Shown: positions 13,801-26,084 of the stretch, in pieces
Layout of the letters: every line of letters begins with the position of its first letter
Numbering within the stretch: the stretch's first letter is position 1
Assembly (NCBI GenBank): GCA_002633005.1
Contig: NMRA01000743.1
Span: 106,245 to 170,244 of the forward strand
Length of the DNA: 64,000 nucleotides
Direction: 5' to 3'
Source of the DNA: Phoronis australis
Lineage: Eukaryota > Animalia > Phoronida
The notes under the pieces: model-generated
Told to the model about the DNA's origin: nothing
Seen by the model: only the letters and a program-made list of their open reading frames with translations
Databases searched by the model: none
Position numbers and translations under genes: made by a program

Positions 13801-16631
13801 TATGATAACCATTTGTACAGGCACCATTTTTATGCGCCCACATATTATGCCATCATCTCCGTCCGGCGTCCGCTACTCTATCCCCAAAACCCTTTGACGT
13901 ACGTTCATGAAATTTTGCACATAATTATGTTCCTATCATAGATGGAACAGCATGAGCGAACTTTCGGATGGGTCCGACCACCGGTGTGCTCCCTAGTGGC
14001 AATTTTTGTTTTTTACACTTACCTCTAAAGGTCCTAAACGTATTTTCATAAAATTTAGCATATAGGCATTTATTGGTAAGAACGGTTATCCTCCCGTTTT
14101 CAGATGGATTCGACGTAATTTGCGCCACCTAGTGGCCACTTTTGCTGTTTTCGAGCCTGTTTTTTGGCATCCACCCCTGTATCAACCAAACTGCTCTAAA
14201 GCTGATCGTGGAAATTGGCCTGACAATGATTTTCCGAAGATTTCGACAACTGTGGCGCCTCCTAATGGCAGTTTCTCTTTTTGCGCCCATGGCTGTATCT
14301 CCTAAACCGTTGGCAGGAACTTTACTAATTTCTTCAAGTGTATTTATGTGATGTTGACAATGGAGGACGACTTTCCGACGGATCTGACTACCGGTGTGCC
14401 CCCTAGTGGCTATTTAATTTTTTTACGTTTACCTCAGTCTGTATCTTCAAAGGTCCTCAAGGTATTTTCATAAAATTTAAAATATAGGCACTTATTAGTG
14501 AGATGACGCTATCCTCCCGTTTTCGGATGGATTTGACGTAGTTTGCGCCACATAGTGGCCATTTTTACTGTTTTTAGTGCCCACCCCTCTATCAACCAAA
14601 CCCCACTAAGGATGATTGTGAAAATTGTCATGTATGTTCTTACTACAAAGATGACTTTGACTACTGTGGCGCCTCCTAGTGGAAGTTTTTTTTTTTGCGC
14701 CTATGACTGTATCTCCTAACCCATTTGCAGCATCTTTGCTAAATTTAGCAAGTGTATTTATATGATGTTAAAAACAGATGACAACAACTTTCGGACGGAT
14801 CTGACTGTAACCACTGTGCCCCTAGTGGCAATTTTCATTTTTTAGGCTTACCTCTGTATCTTCAAAGGTCCTCAACGGATTATCAGAAAGTTTGGAATAC
14901 AGGCATTTATTGGTGAGATGATGTTATCCTCCCGCTTTGGGATGGAATCGAGGAACTTTTGCACCACCTAGTGGCCATTATTCCTGTTTTCGAGTCTTGT
15001 TTTTTGGCGTCCCCCCTCGATCAACCAAACCATTCTGGGGATGACTTTTGAAAATTGATATATGGTATATTTTCTCAGTGTGAAGAGGGCGGTTGACAAT
15101 AACGCATTTAACTACTGTAGCGCCTCCTAGTGGTAGTTTTGTTTTGTGCCCATAGCTGCATCTCTTAAACTCACTGCATTGAATTTAGTAACTGTATTTA
15201 TATGAAGCTAACTTAACAGATGAACTTCCTTGACAGATTTTTATGAAATTAGCTAAAATAGCTTTCTATTATAGAAGCGATGGCATGTATACCCATTTTC
15301 AGATGGATTGGATGTTTTTTTCGCCCTCTGGTTGCTATTTTTATGAAACAAACAACCCTAGAAGCACTCCGTTTGCGGTGCATTTGTGGGTGCACATAAC
15401 GCTAAATTGTCGTGAGAGACCGTCCGCAGTTGGTATATGGTGCAACTCCGGACGGTCTGGGGTCAACAGAAAAATACAGTTCAACTGTGAGTCTACGCCA
15501 AAGTGATAAACGAGAGTAGTTCTACTTGCTGCGTCAGCTGCAGGTATATCTTTTATGACACACAATGTGTGACCGGGCAAAGCATTTTCAAAATAACGTG
15601 GATAAATCAGTGGAGTGCGAGACCCCTGAGGTCCCTGTCAAGCCCTCACTACAATTCTACGTTATGTTTCAACGCTCTGCGTTGCTCTTGTATTATCAAC
15701 AAGGTGCTTTTCAAGTTCAGGCACATTTCCATATTATATCTAGAAAGCTGATCGACAGATTTCAATTAAACTTGACCCAGCAGTATATGATGACAATGTG
15801 CCAGCCCCATCTAATTCTCGGACTCATTCCACTACTGCAGCATCTCCTCAGTATTGGCCCTTAGAAACATATCGTATGCGATTCACTGTGGGCGCATGCC
15901 AACGCCCAACGTTGCTTAAAATGTTCGAGGATCATGAAGTGATGTGTTCCTGATAAGACCTTGGCTGACATTGATTTTTGCATGGATCTGAACAGTGAAA
16001 TTTCTTACACAGAAACCGGCCACTATATGCGGGCATTTGATTTTGTTGAACATTTTAAATTTTAAAAAAATGTTAAAATGACTATGAACTGTCATCACGT
16101 TATGAATTACATTTTTTGCATAAACATACATCCATTGCACTACAAAATGTGTATACAACTGTTAAAAGGTTGTTAAGTAAAATTCAAGGATTTCCAATGT
16201 CCATTGTTGACCTCAGCAAATTGTGTCGAATTTGGAATCACATGCAGTAAGTGGGCTGTGTGACTGCTCATTCTTGTACTTTGATAGATGGTGTAACAAT
16301 TTCAACATAGACCCGTCCTATTTCATTTCAGATTTCCAACACCACTCAGACTTGCCTGGACGCTCCCTTCATCCGCACTAGTATTGTCAGCAAGCCCGTG
16401 GCAGCCAGCGTGACGGTCAAGGTCTACTACAACCCCAATCTGGCTGCGACTGGTTTCTACCTACCAGGCAAAGCCAAAGATGCCCGCTTGTGTCAGCTGT
16501 GTCCAGACTGTCCCAACTGTGATGGCGTCGTTGTTCCAACTAAGCAGACTTCAGCCACCGCAGCCACGTCTTTCAGTCTGGTTGCCATGGTTACAGTGCT
16601 CATAGTGTCCTTGGTTGCATTGATTGTGTAG
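4625..16631 (+). CDS. CD109: CD109/iTEP-like thioester-containing protein (alpha-2-macroglobulin family), 3' part, multi-exon; 5' part lies outside the window
   Basis: Phase-compatible GT-AG exons 4625-4824, 6568-6744, 8391-8557 (dup 11355-11521), 9982-10141 (dup 12287-12446), 16332-16631. They give VETTAYGLM...WMTKQSNGRGGFVSTQ|DTVIGLQAISE (TED end), GMAISEIEPVTGF and VYYNP (receptor-binding domain), a CxxCxxCxxC cluster and a hydrophobic C-terminus. TEP family is secure; CD109 orthology is inferred from the GPI-like tail. Confidence 0.85.
6568..6744 (+). CDS. CD109: CD109-like exon B
   Basis: ttctag|GAC ACC GTC ATT GGT CTG CAA GCC (DTVIGLQA, completing STQDT)...AAG CAG|gtatgc. Confidence 0.9.
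7187..7692. mobile_element. Kolobok-like MITE (TTAA target)
   Basis: TTAA|GGTTAATATGTAGG...CCTACGTTATAACC|TTTA degenerate TIRs; related ends near 48030-48054, 52711 and 60535-60554. Confidence 0.5.
8391..8557 (+). CDS. CD109: CD109-like exon C, copy 1
   Basis: ccacag|GCA CCA...TGT GT|gtaagt; ASGNGLAIVSV motif; 167 nt. Confidence 0.85.
9982..10141 (+). CDS. CD109: CD109-like exon D, copy 1
   Basis: atccag|G AAA TCC...GAT GAG|gtaagc; TGMAISEIEPVTGF...VVVYYDE; 160 nt. Confidence 0.85.
11355..11521 (+). CDS. CD109: CD109-like exon C, copy 2 (probable second haplotype)
   Basis: Same splice sites as 8391-8557; 4 substitutions; lies after the N at 10916. Confidence 0.8.
12287..12446 (+). CDS. CD109: CD109-like exon D, copy 2 (probable second haplotype)
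   Basis: Same splice sites as 9982-10141; 2 substitutions. Confidence 0.8.
13827..15917 (+). mobile_element. Helentron-associated (HINE/DINE-1-like) non-autonomous element with an internal higher-order repeat of about 415 bp
   Basis: TTTTT then subterminal ATGCGCCCACA (13832-13842); exact reverse complement TGTGGGCGCAT (15887-15897); 3' hairpin CAACG-cccaa-CGTTG (15900-15914); cgtccggcgtccg near the 5' end. Related starts near 99 and 10185/12490; inverted fragment near 21990-22160. Confidence 0.65.
16332..16631 (+). CDS. CD109: CD109-like terminal exon with Cys cluster and GPI-signal-like tail
   Basis: tttcag|ATT TCC AAC...; ISNTTQTCL...ASVTVKVYYNP...CQLCPDCPNC...SATAATSFSLVAMVTVLIVSLVALIV then TAG. 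Confidence 0.9.
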   Translation: MSNTTQTCLDAPFIRTSIVSKPVAASVTVKVYYNPNLAATGFYLPGKAKDARLCQLCPDCPNCDGVVVPTKQTSATAATSFSLVAMVTVLIVSLVALIV

Positions 16632-18233
16632 AATTACACTAGTGGAGCCTGTTTGCTTGACATTACCTCGCTAATATTAAAAGACGACTAAGTTTCTAAT
16701 CCAGTTATGTACTATCCAAGAAGTGCTCTGTTATGTAGACATTCCAGAGATAACTATCCATATCATCTTTACAATGCAGGTTAAAATGAAAGAGGATCTC
16801 ACTGTCCTGTTATTCTAGTAAGATTACAATCACAAATACTTGTAGTGGGGATATATTATTCTGCAAGTGTAGGTGCTTCCGTTGTTGACATGTGAAGCAC
16901 TCTTTTTAAGCATGGTCACACGGCAGTGCTATGGGAAATTTCTGAACGCAACCCGCAGGACCTCTTTTCAGAAAGTGGCTTTTTGGTCTGCCTCAAGTAC
17001 CCCTGGGTGATAATTGTATGGAGAAATACGAAGCGAAAGTGTTACAAGAATTATTTTACTTTGATGCTAATCTGGTTCAAAAGGAGTGATGAAAAGAATG
17101 CAACATGACAATTTTTCAGTTTCCAACAGAGCCTGCAATTATTAATCCATTTTGGGGACTTTGGAAATTATCAAACATAATCCTGGTGTCAAAAGTACAT
17201 CTATTAGACCCATTTTCACCTTTTCCTTTTACTCAAATGTAGGTGAGCCTCTTTTTCAGAAATTCTCATGTTTTTCGTGAATGGTTGATTAAAATTTAGC
17301 TAGTCAACCAGGAACATGTCTGTTTGGTGTATATATCAATTGTACTGTGAACATTTGTTGTGATCTTATGTCATATATTTGGATCCTTGCACTGCATATT
17401 TCTGCGACAATACACATGAAAACTGATATATATGGTGTACTCTTAAGATGTACTTATTTCTGACCACCAATATGCAGAAAACAATGTCTAAGTATATACT
17501 GCATAATACATTAAAAATGCATTTTTGTTGTAAAAATCTGAAGCGACTGTAGGTCTTGTGATGCAAAATAAATATCCTAATTGTATCTGGACGTCCGAAA
17601 TTACACATCAGGCTCATACCTTTCTAGTTCTAGTTTTTTTATTTGTGAGTTTTTGTTTGATGATCTTTGGTGTCAGTTGTGGTACTTAATATTTGCATAC
17701 TATCTATTCAAGAAACGTGTTTTGGGTTATGTTATCATAATAGAATAGTCAATTATTTTTGTCTTTTATAACCATTGTCCAGTTATAAGCCTATGGGCTC
17801 ACACTTATGACTTAAAAATGGGGATGGGCTAATGTATTGAACATGCATCAATAAGCCCGTGCTTCTACAATTGTGCATACACCCATGAGTTGTGAATCAT
17901 AGGAGATGCTCTTACAAATAATGCAGTCAGATTCTATTTTCTGAGGCAGCTTTGTACTAGCAAGTGACTGAGTGCGAAGGTGAGTTTAATTTGAAGTGGA
18001 CTAACGAGCAGAAGGTGGGCATATACTCATCAGGTGGGTTTATGTGCAAGAACGAACAAAAAGTTGGGTTGGGTAATCTTTGTTTTTACCCGAGAATTGG
18101 CTCATACCTGGCTGAATACGGTAACTTCAATTTTCCTTGATTTGTGCAAAAAACTTGATGAATCAAACAGACTTCAATGGGTGATCATGTAGATCTCTGA
18201 CCACTGAGTGTGTTGTTGCTGTTTCAGTTTCAC

Positions 18234-18239
18234 AATAAA
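18234..18239 (+). terminator. Candidate polyadenylation signal of the CD109-like gene
   Basis: AATAAA followed by a GT-rich tract (ttgcttggtgtacagtttgttctgtgt), about 1.6 kb after the stop codon. Confidence 0.45.
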
Positions 18240-20570
18240 CAATTATTTGCTTGGTGTACAGTTTGTTCTGTGTCCATTGGCCAAATTGGGTCCTTTGTGC
18301 CGCGGCCAGTTTGCAATCACATTTTTGGATTCAGCTCGCCAGTTTTGTACGGTTTAGTGACCTAGTTTTCAAAAGGTAGGGTGGCTATCTCACTTTGAAG
18401 CCGAGTTGGACGTGACCTGATTTATCATGCGTCACTACCTCTAGTTTGCGACTCACAAACCAACAGTAATCCTTCGTTTACATCAGAATGCCAAATGGAA
18501 ACTAATACTGAAGTAATTAACACAGCACCAGTGCATAACTGTAGGACAGGTCCCGACACACAAGTAGCATTGTGGGTAAATACTGCAGAACTAACGGGGG
18601 GCGCTTTGGTATTCCAGCATGAAATATAACGCACACGTGTTAGTAATAACATGGGATATCAGCGCGGTTTGTACTGAACAGTTGTCTTGAAACATCAGTG
18701 GAAATTTGATCATCAGCAGTGAGAGCCACCACAGACAAAGAACTAGAAGCTCAGCTCACTGTCCTGTAAACTATATTTTTGTAGTATAAGTACGAATTAT
18801 TAGTAAAGTAAATGTAGCACCAATGCTAGACAACTGAAATTTTATTTTGTCACATTTCTCAACAAATTAAAATAGATATTAAGAAAATTTTAGTCAGTTA
18901 CTGGCTTCGTCGTAAAATAACATTCCAATATTTATGCTAGAGTAATCCATAATTATTTTTGTTCAACATAAGTGAGGAATTACACAGTCATATGGCTACA
19001 ATGAATGAGCGAGATTTGTTGTCCAGTGATTCAATAATTTTCATTGGCCACCAAGACTAATCAACTAAACACTTGGCACACCTCGCCTGAACGCCGTGAG
19101 GATTTACGGTACTCGGGTTGAAGAAAATCAACAAGTGAGACATTCACAAAAGAAATCTAACAAGCGAGACATTCACCTCGTCTCAGTAGAGGCAAAATCT
19201 TAATGGTAGAGCTATGAGCTGAGCTTATTTGCATTAGAACCACGTAACTCTCCGTCTGTGGATACCTTCAGTAGAAAAACTGTTTTCCCATGTAGAGCCG
19301 TATTGTATTTTTTGTCAACACTGCTATTGAAGCGAGCTCATCTCAATGGATGGTATACATTTAGAGTAATGAAATTAACCGGGAAAAGTGTTTCAGTGAA
19401 ATTTTGTAGAATGATATCAGTTTGCAGTGGAATCTATTTTAAGCTTTTAATCACACATGTTAGCACTCAGCTACACATCTGATTTTGGAACCAAATGGAG
19501 TTTTATGAATGTTTCTGCAATCACACTCCACCACAGTTGTTCGATGGTGGAGGACTGACATTTTTTTATGAGGGATATGTACCATCAAGTGACAGTATTA
19601 ATGTTAAACCATTTTCAAGTTCTGTAACATAACTTCCAAGTTGCAATATTTTGAAAAATTATGGGTATATTCGCAATTATGTTGGAAGAGAAATGAAAAA
19701 TGACAATTTTGACAACTATTTTTGTGAGCAATTGGAGAGACTTCATGTTGCAAAACAATATTGAACATCATTTTGTGGCTAATCAAAGAAGTCCATGGTT
19801 TGTAATCTGTAACTCGCAGTTAAAACAATAGTTACACTCCAAAAGCATGAACCAAAACAACCGTTTTCAAAAGTGATGTAGCATGGGGTTTGAGAACAAA
19901 ACTAGTGTTCATAGGCACATTGACTGGTTATTCTGATATCAGCACAATTTTTTACTTCAAGCAGCTACAAACCTGCCTTCCATCACAAGATCAATTTTTT
20001 GTTCAGCACACTAAACCTTTATAAAATTGGTCTCAAATTCTTCCTAAGTAAATTGGAGGTGCTGAATTCAGCACTTTAAAATAATTGACAGTTTGTTATT
20101 GCTCGAGACCAGGCTCTACAAGTTAGCTTGTCATGACGCGTGCGCCGAGAATGGTCTCAAGGAACAACAAATTGTCAGTTCTTTGAAAACCCAGAACTCA
20201 CTTTTCATCTATTTTGTAATGGTAGGTGGTATAAGTTCTGTTCTTGGACGGAATGTGCATTTATACATAGTCACTGTAAAACAAAAATAATGCCAGTCAC
20301 TTCGTGTCATTCTTCAACAGACTCTGACCAGCTCCAAACATGTAGTTTTGTCTCGCAGTACACGCCAAACATAATCGCACAATATGACCTGCAACATCTC
20401 GTTATGTTGTCTGAGTAGTGGCTCAAGTCTACACCATGACAACTAAGTGCCTGAGGAATTTATGGCCAGAGTTGCCGGAAGAACAGGACATTTACACATT
20501 GTGGCAGGGAAATGGACTCTTGTCAGAATACTCTGGGCGTGTTCTGTGCTAAATAAACAAAAATTACTGT

Positions 20571-21134
20571 TCACTTATCCCAACTCGCCATGTGCATATA
20601 GAGCGAAAATGCCTCTTGAGAGTCAACCTTTCTCAGTGGTAAATCTAGACTTGTGCAGTGGAAGGAGAGAGACGGGCTCTCGCGCTCTTGAATCAAGTGT
20701 GCATTACTCATTACATCAGGAGGGGGATTGTCAGAGGTAGCAGAGGGCTGACCAGTCACTTTTAATGCCTTGCTCGATGCGGCTCTCTCCTGTTCAACAG
20801 CTTCGATAATTTTGGCTGGATCACAGTAAATCGCTGTCAGTTCATCAGAACTGCTGACAAAAGGTTTGCCAACGTTGACTTTCTTCGACACTTTCTCTGT
20901 GAAGTTTGTCCTCTCTCTCATTGAAGTTTTCAGCTTCTCCACTGCTGCTGCCTTAGCATCAATTTGAACCTGGGTCAAATTTTTTATGCGTTTGCCAAGA
21001 CCGAGCAAGGTGTTAAACTCTGGACGGCTAAGCACATTTTGTGAGTCGTCCGTAAAGTTCTCCTTTGCATTAAAAGTAACAGTCTTCGTAGGCCTGCCTG
21101 TAACCACACCATGTTGTTCATTCCTCTCTACCAT
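20571..21134 (-). CDS. PPP1R35: Protein phosphatase 1 regulatory subunit 35-like, 187 aa, single coding exon
   Basis: Longest non-repetitive ORF in the window. KTVTF (RVxF-type PP1 docking) precedes LSRPEFNTLLGLG...IDAKAAAVEKL...KVNV...ESPSL...FSLYMHMASWDK, recognised from memory as the PPP1R35 C-terminal domain. An in-frame TGA just upstream fixes the ATG. Splice-acceptor-like cctag precedes 21163. Confidence 0.75.
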   Translation of the reverse strand: MVERNEQHGVVTGRPTKTVTFNAKENFTDDSQNVLSRPEFNTLLGLGKRIKNLTQVQIDAKAAAVEKLKTSMRERTNFTEKVSKKVNVGKPFVSSSDELTAIYCDPAKIIEAVEQERAASSKALKVTGQPSATSDNPPPDVMSNAHLIQERESPSLSFHCTSLDLPLRKVDSQEAFSLYMHMASWDK

Positions 21135-22282
21135 CTTGTTTCGTCATACACACAGGCACCAGACTAGGTAGGCAAGACTTGTCATTAAACAACTTCTTCA
21201 CATGAAAGCATCTGCGAACATAAAAATAATGCACACATGTACTAAAATATGCACTTGGTTCATATTCTTCTCTTGGCATTCTGATCTACATGATCCCAAT
21301 TCAACAGAATCCGAGGTTCATTTAGGATTTCACAAATGGGGGCATCGAAAATGGGTTTGTCAATTTCCTCACGGCACCCATGACCAATGACTGTTTATAT
21401 GACCCCAAGTCAAATTACTGTAACAGTTCCTGTTCAATATGTCACAGAGACATTTACTTTGCTACAAAGCTCATGTTCATATCTTAACTAACTTTTCTTT
21501 TATTCTGGACAGACCAATGAACTCCCAGAGCTGCTGTTAGCAAGTTGAGAAACACCAACACTTACTTGCTTACTTTACTTGGCTGTCCAAATGCTTAAGA
21601 GGACGTCCAAGCGTTAAACAGGGTGTCTAAATTTGAGTGAGGGCGTCAATTTAGATGCCCTTGGTGCCTGGATAATGAAATCTTCAAAGAATTTCACAGC
21701 TGTTTCTGGAAGGGTACTAGATGCTAGAAAAGGAATTAAACTGAATTACTGAGTACTAGTAAGCATTTTACTCACAGGTATCAACCAGCTGCTCTGAAAC
21801 TTTTAGAATTGGTGCAAAGATAAACCAAGAACAAGTTTATTATACCCAGTTTCTTTCAATGCTTAGTAAACAATCTGTGAATGACCATGAAGTGAAACAG
21901 TTCAGAAGACCGTCAGTCTTGGTGCAAAGTTGCAAATACGGTATACAGCTTTGCACCGATGTGGGTAAAAACAAAAGCAACACAGAGCGTTGAAATGCAC
22001 CCGCATTAGCACCACAAAAGGTGTGCTTCTATGGGTGTTTTTAGTATCATAAAAATGGCCGTTAGATAGCGCAGAATGCGCCAAACCCATCCGAATTGAG
22101 AAGGTGGCACTGACTTTTTAATTCACAACTATTTGCCATTTTGCATGAAAATAAGTCAAGACAGCTTTTCCCAGTTAAAGTTTAGTCTTTATACAGCTAT
22201 AACTAGACAGTACTACCATCTGAACTGGGTCAGCTCAGCTGGCAGGATAGCTGATTGGCTAAAAACAGTGATATTCATCACG

Positions 22283-22795
22283 TTCATAATTAGACAGTGC
22301 CACCGTCCTGACTGGCCCCATTAGAGATGGCCATGCTGCTATAGGCGCTTCATACGCCAGAAGCTTTTTGGCGAATTATGCCACACACTGATTAAAACAT
22401 CAAAGTCACATTGCTATAACTATAAGTACCTTTTGCTCATAGAGGGACATCTTAGGAGGATGTCGATGTTTTTTAATTCCTTGCAATTCCAACTCGAACA
22501 AATACTCCAGAGTGGCGAGCACGCGCATTTTAAAAATGGCGAGTTGCCAATTTAGGCAACTTAACGAAGGACTGCTCAAAATAGTTTGATTACAGGGGTA
22601 TTTGTTTGAGTTGGAAGGTACTTAAAAGTCATCGACGGCCTCCTAAGGTGTCCCTCTATGCACAAAAGGTACCTACAGCAACGTGATTTTGATGTTTTAA
22701 TCAGTATGCCGAATAATTCGTTGAAAAGCTTCCAGCGGATGAATCGCCTATCCACTGGGGCCAGTCGAGATGGTGGCATTGTCAATCGTTCATAA
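22283..22795. mobile_element. Foldback/MITE-like inverted repeat (arms about 22283-22510 and 22593-22795); duplicate at about 24889-25400
   Basis: ctgattaaaacatcaaagtcac pairs with gtgattttgatgttttaatcag; catagagggacatcttaggagg pairs with cctcctaaggtgtccctctatg. Confidence 0.75.
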
Positions 22796-23167
22796 GTTAA
22801 TAACACTTACTAGTAACAGTGAAATAACACTCTTTACCTCTTACGTTATTTTTTTTAGACAGTTTCATTGAAGTGACCAATACTGGCGTCGTGGCAATGA
22901 TGGTTCTCATTCAGAGGAGTAGGAGACAATAATTATGTGCAGTAAAGTCAAGAATCGAAACTGGATTTCACAAATGAGTCAGGGCCTGGAACCTTTGTAG
23001 GCCTATTCGTAACGAACTCGAAATTATTTTGGGCAAATTCTATGCTACTTTCGTGCGAACTCAAGATAATTAGTGGTTACTAGACTGTGATCGAATACTA
23101 TGTGATTAAAAAACCAGACAATCAGTCAATCATTCAATAACAGGCATGTTATTTAGCGGATAAAACT

Positions 23168-24050
23168 CAGGGCTCGACATAACGAGCTGCAGGTCGCATT
23201 TGTGACCTGAAATTTGGAAATGCGAGCTGAGATTTTTGTCAGCTCGTATCAAGTCGCAAAATGCGACCTGGAATTTCCAACGAATGCGAGCTGAATTTTT
23301 ACACAGTTCTCAGCAGATACCTGGCAAATACAAAGCAAATCTTGTTAATCCGACCGTTATTTGGTTGTTGCCAAATCCAAGTTCAAAAGAACACTAACCG
23401 AGAACAGCCCTCCCGATGACTTGCAAGCAAGTCGTGTGAACATGGAATATGCAGAATCGCGTTTCATTGGCTAACACTTTCGGCCATTTTTGTAAATTCC
23501 CGGATTCGCCGAAGAAAGTTTTGGGCCACTGCTTAACACGTGATAAAACTTCACAAAACGATGGTGTTTCTACTAATTCTTAAGCGATCAACTTACCAAA
23601 CTTTGTGGTGGACAAAAATCTTTATTTTTCACATAAGATGTCCTTAAATTATTACATGTACCAAATATCCACGACAATATCCCTGACATCGCAATGCAGC
23701 ACCGTTAGTGCACAAGCGGTCCCTTCAGACAATCATGACTTAGACTGAGATGTGCTTCTCCTTTTTATCGTATTAAGACAGCCAAAGTGAAAATGACAAC
23801 CTTATTAATCGCCAAACGACGGTCACGTCTTTACTTTCAGTTGCCAAGAAATTCTCAAACCCTTTACTTGTTTCTGGGGCTACGTGCGCGAAATATGATT
23901 TGTCTTTCACACGTTGTTGCCAACGTAAAGTGTAGGCCTACTCCAGCGATTCAAGTGCTTGAACTCACGCGTGCACACCACTTCAAAGAACAGCGGCAGT
24001 CCTAAATGAAAGAGTATACCGGCTTGACTCTGGTTTATTTGAAAATGAAC
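23168..24050 (+). mobile_element. hAT-like non-autonomous element, left part (cut by N)
   Basis: Starts CAGGGCTCGACATAACGAGC; absent at the homologous site (25802); inverted copy at 43218-43613. Confidence 0.75.
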
Positions 24051-26084
24051 NTATGTCACAGAGACATTTAGTTTGCTACAAAGCTCATGTTCATATCTTA
24101 ACTAACTTTTCTTTTATTCTGGAGAGACCAATGAACTCCCAGAGCTGCTGTTAGCAAGTTGAGAAACACCAACACTTACTTGCTTACTTTACTTGGCTGT
24201 CCAAATGCTTAAGAGGACGTCCAAGCGTTAAACAGGGTGTCTAAATTTGAGTGAGGGCGTCAATTTAGATGCCCTGGATAATGAAATCTTCAAAGAATTT
24301 CACAGCTGTTTCTGGAAGGGTACTAGATGCTAGAAAAGGAATTAAACTGAATTACTGAGTACTAGTAAGCATTTTACTCCCAGGTATCAACCAGCTGCTC
24401 TGAAACTTTTAGAATTGGTGCAAAGATAAACCAAGAACAAGTTTATTATACCCAGCTTCTTTCAATGCTTAGTAAACAATCTGTGAATGACCATGAAGTG
24501 AAACGGTTCAGAAGACCGTCAGTCTTGGTGCGAAGTTGCAAATACGGTATACAGCTTTGCACCGATGTGGGTAAAAACAAAAGCAACACAGAGCGTTGAA
24601 ATGCACCCGCTTTTGCACCACAAAAGGTGTGCTTCTATGGGTGTTTTTAGTATCATAAAAATGGCCGTTAGATAGCGCAGAATGCGTCAAACCCATCCGA
24701 ATTGAGAAGCTGGCGCTGACTTTTTAATTCACAACTATTTGCCATATTGCATGAAAATAAGTCAAGACAGCTGTTCCCAGTTAAAGTTTAGTCTTTATAC
24801 AGCTATAACTAGACAGTACTACCATCTGAACTGGTTCAGCTCAGCTGGCAGGATAGCCGATTAGCTAAAAACAGTGATATTCATCATGTTCATAATTAGA
24901 CAGTGCCACCGTCCTGACTGGCCCCATTAGAGATGGCGATGCTGCTATAGGCGCTTCATACGCCAGAAGCTTTTTGGCGAATTATGCCACACACTGATTA
25001 AAACATCAAAGTCACATTGCTATAACTATAAGTACCTTTTGCTCATAGAGGGACATCTTAGGAGGATGTCGATGTCTTTTAATTCCTTGCAATTCCAACT
25101 CGAACAAATACTCCAGAGTGGCGAGCACGCGCATTTTAAAAATGGCGAGTTGCCAATTTAGGCAACTTAACGAAGGACTGCTCAAAATAGTTTGATTGCA
25201 GGGGTATATGTTTGAGTTGGAAGGTACTTAAAAGTCATCGACGGCCTCCTAAGGTGTCCCTCTATGCACAAAAGGTACCTAAAGCAACGTGATTTTGATG
25301 TTTTAATCAGTATGCCGAATAATTCGTTGAAAAGCTTCCAGCGGATGAATCGCCTATCCACTGGGGCCAGTCGAGATGGTGGCATTGTCAATAGTTCATA
25401 AGTTAATAACACTAACTAGTAACAGTGAGTGAAATAACACTCTTTACCTCTTACGTTATTTTTTTAGACAGTTTCATTGAAGTGACCAATACTGGCGTCG
25501 TGGCAATGATGGTTCTCATTCAGAGGAGTAGGAGACAATAATTATGTGCAGTGCTCGTTTGTCTGCCAGTAAAGTCAAGAATCGAAACTGGATTTCACAA
25601 ATGAGAGTCAGGGCCTGGAATCTTTGTAGGCCTATTCGTAACGAACTCGAAATTATTTTGGGCAAATTCTATGCTACTTTCGTGCGAACTCAAGATAATT
25701 AGTGGTTACTAGACTGTGATCGAATACTATGCCTATGTGATTAAAAAACCAGACAATCAGTCAATCATTCAATAACAGGCATGTTATTTAGCGGATAAAA
25801 CTGGTTCCCAAAATCAGAGTCCATGATATCCAACTAGTGCCAGGATAACGAGGGACTCTCATGACTGAACTATTACCTTGACCGTTTCATGCGGGATAAT
25901 GCGACATTTGTAGATGAGATTTCAAACTTTTTAAGTCTGCCGCTGAACATGAGAGGTATCAGCTTGTATTTATAGTTTAGTTTGGCGAAATTATCAATAC
26001 TAATTGAATTATTAATTCAAATTTTAAATCATCATATAATAAATAACATAATAAAACACCAGATTAGATAGCTATTCTGCAAAT

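Larger units (their letters stand above)
21438..25802. repeat. Direct duplication across N at 24051 (21438-23167 vs 24052-25802)
   Basis: Colinear with small indels; copy 1 continues into an insertion absent from copy 2. Confidence 0.92.
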
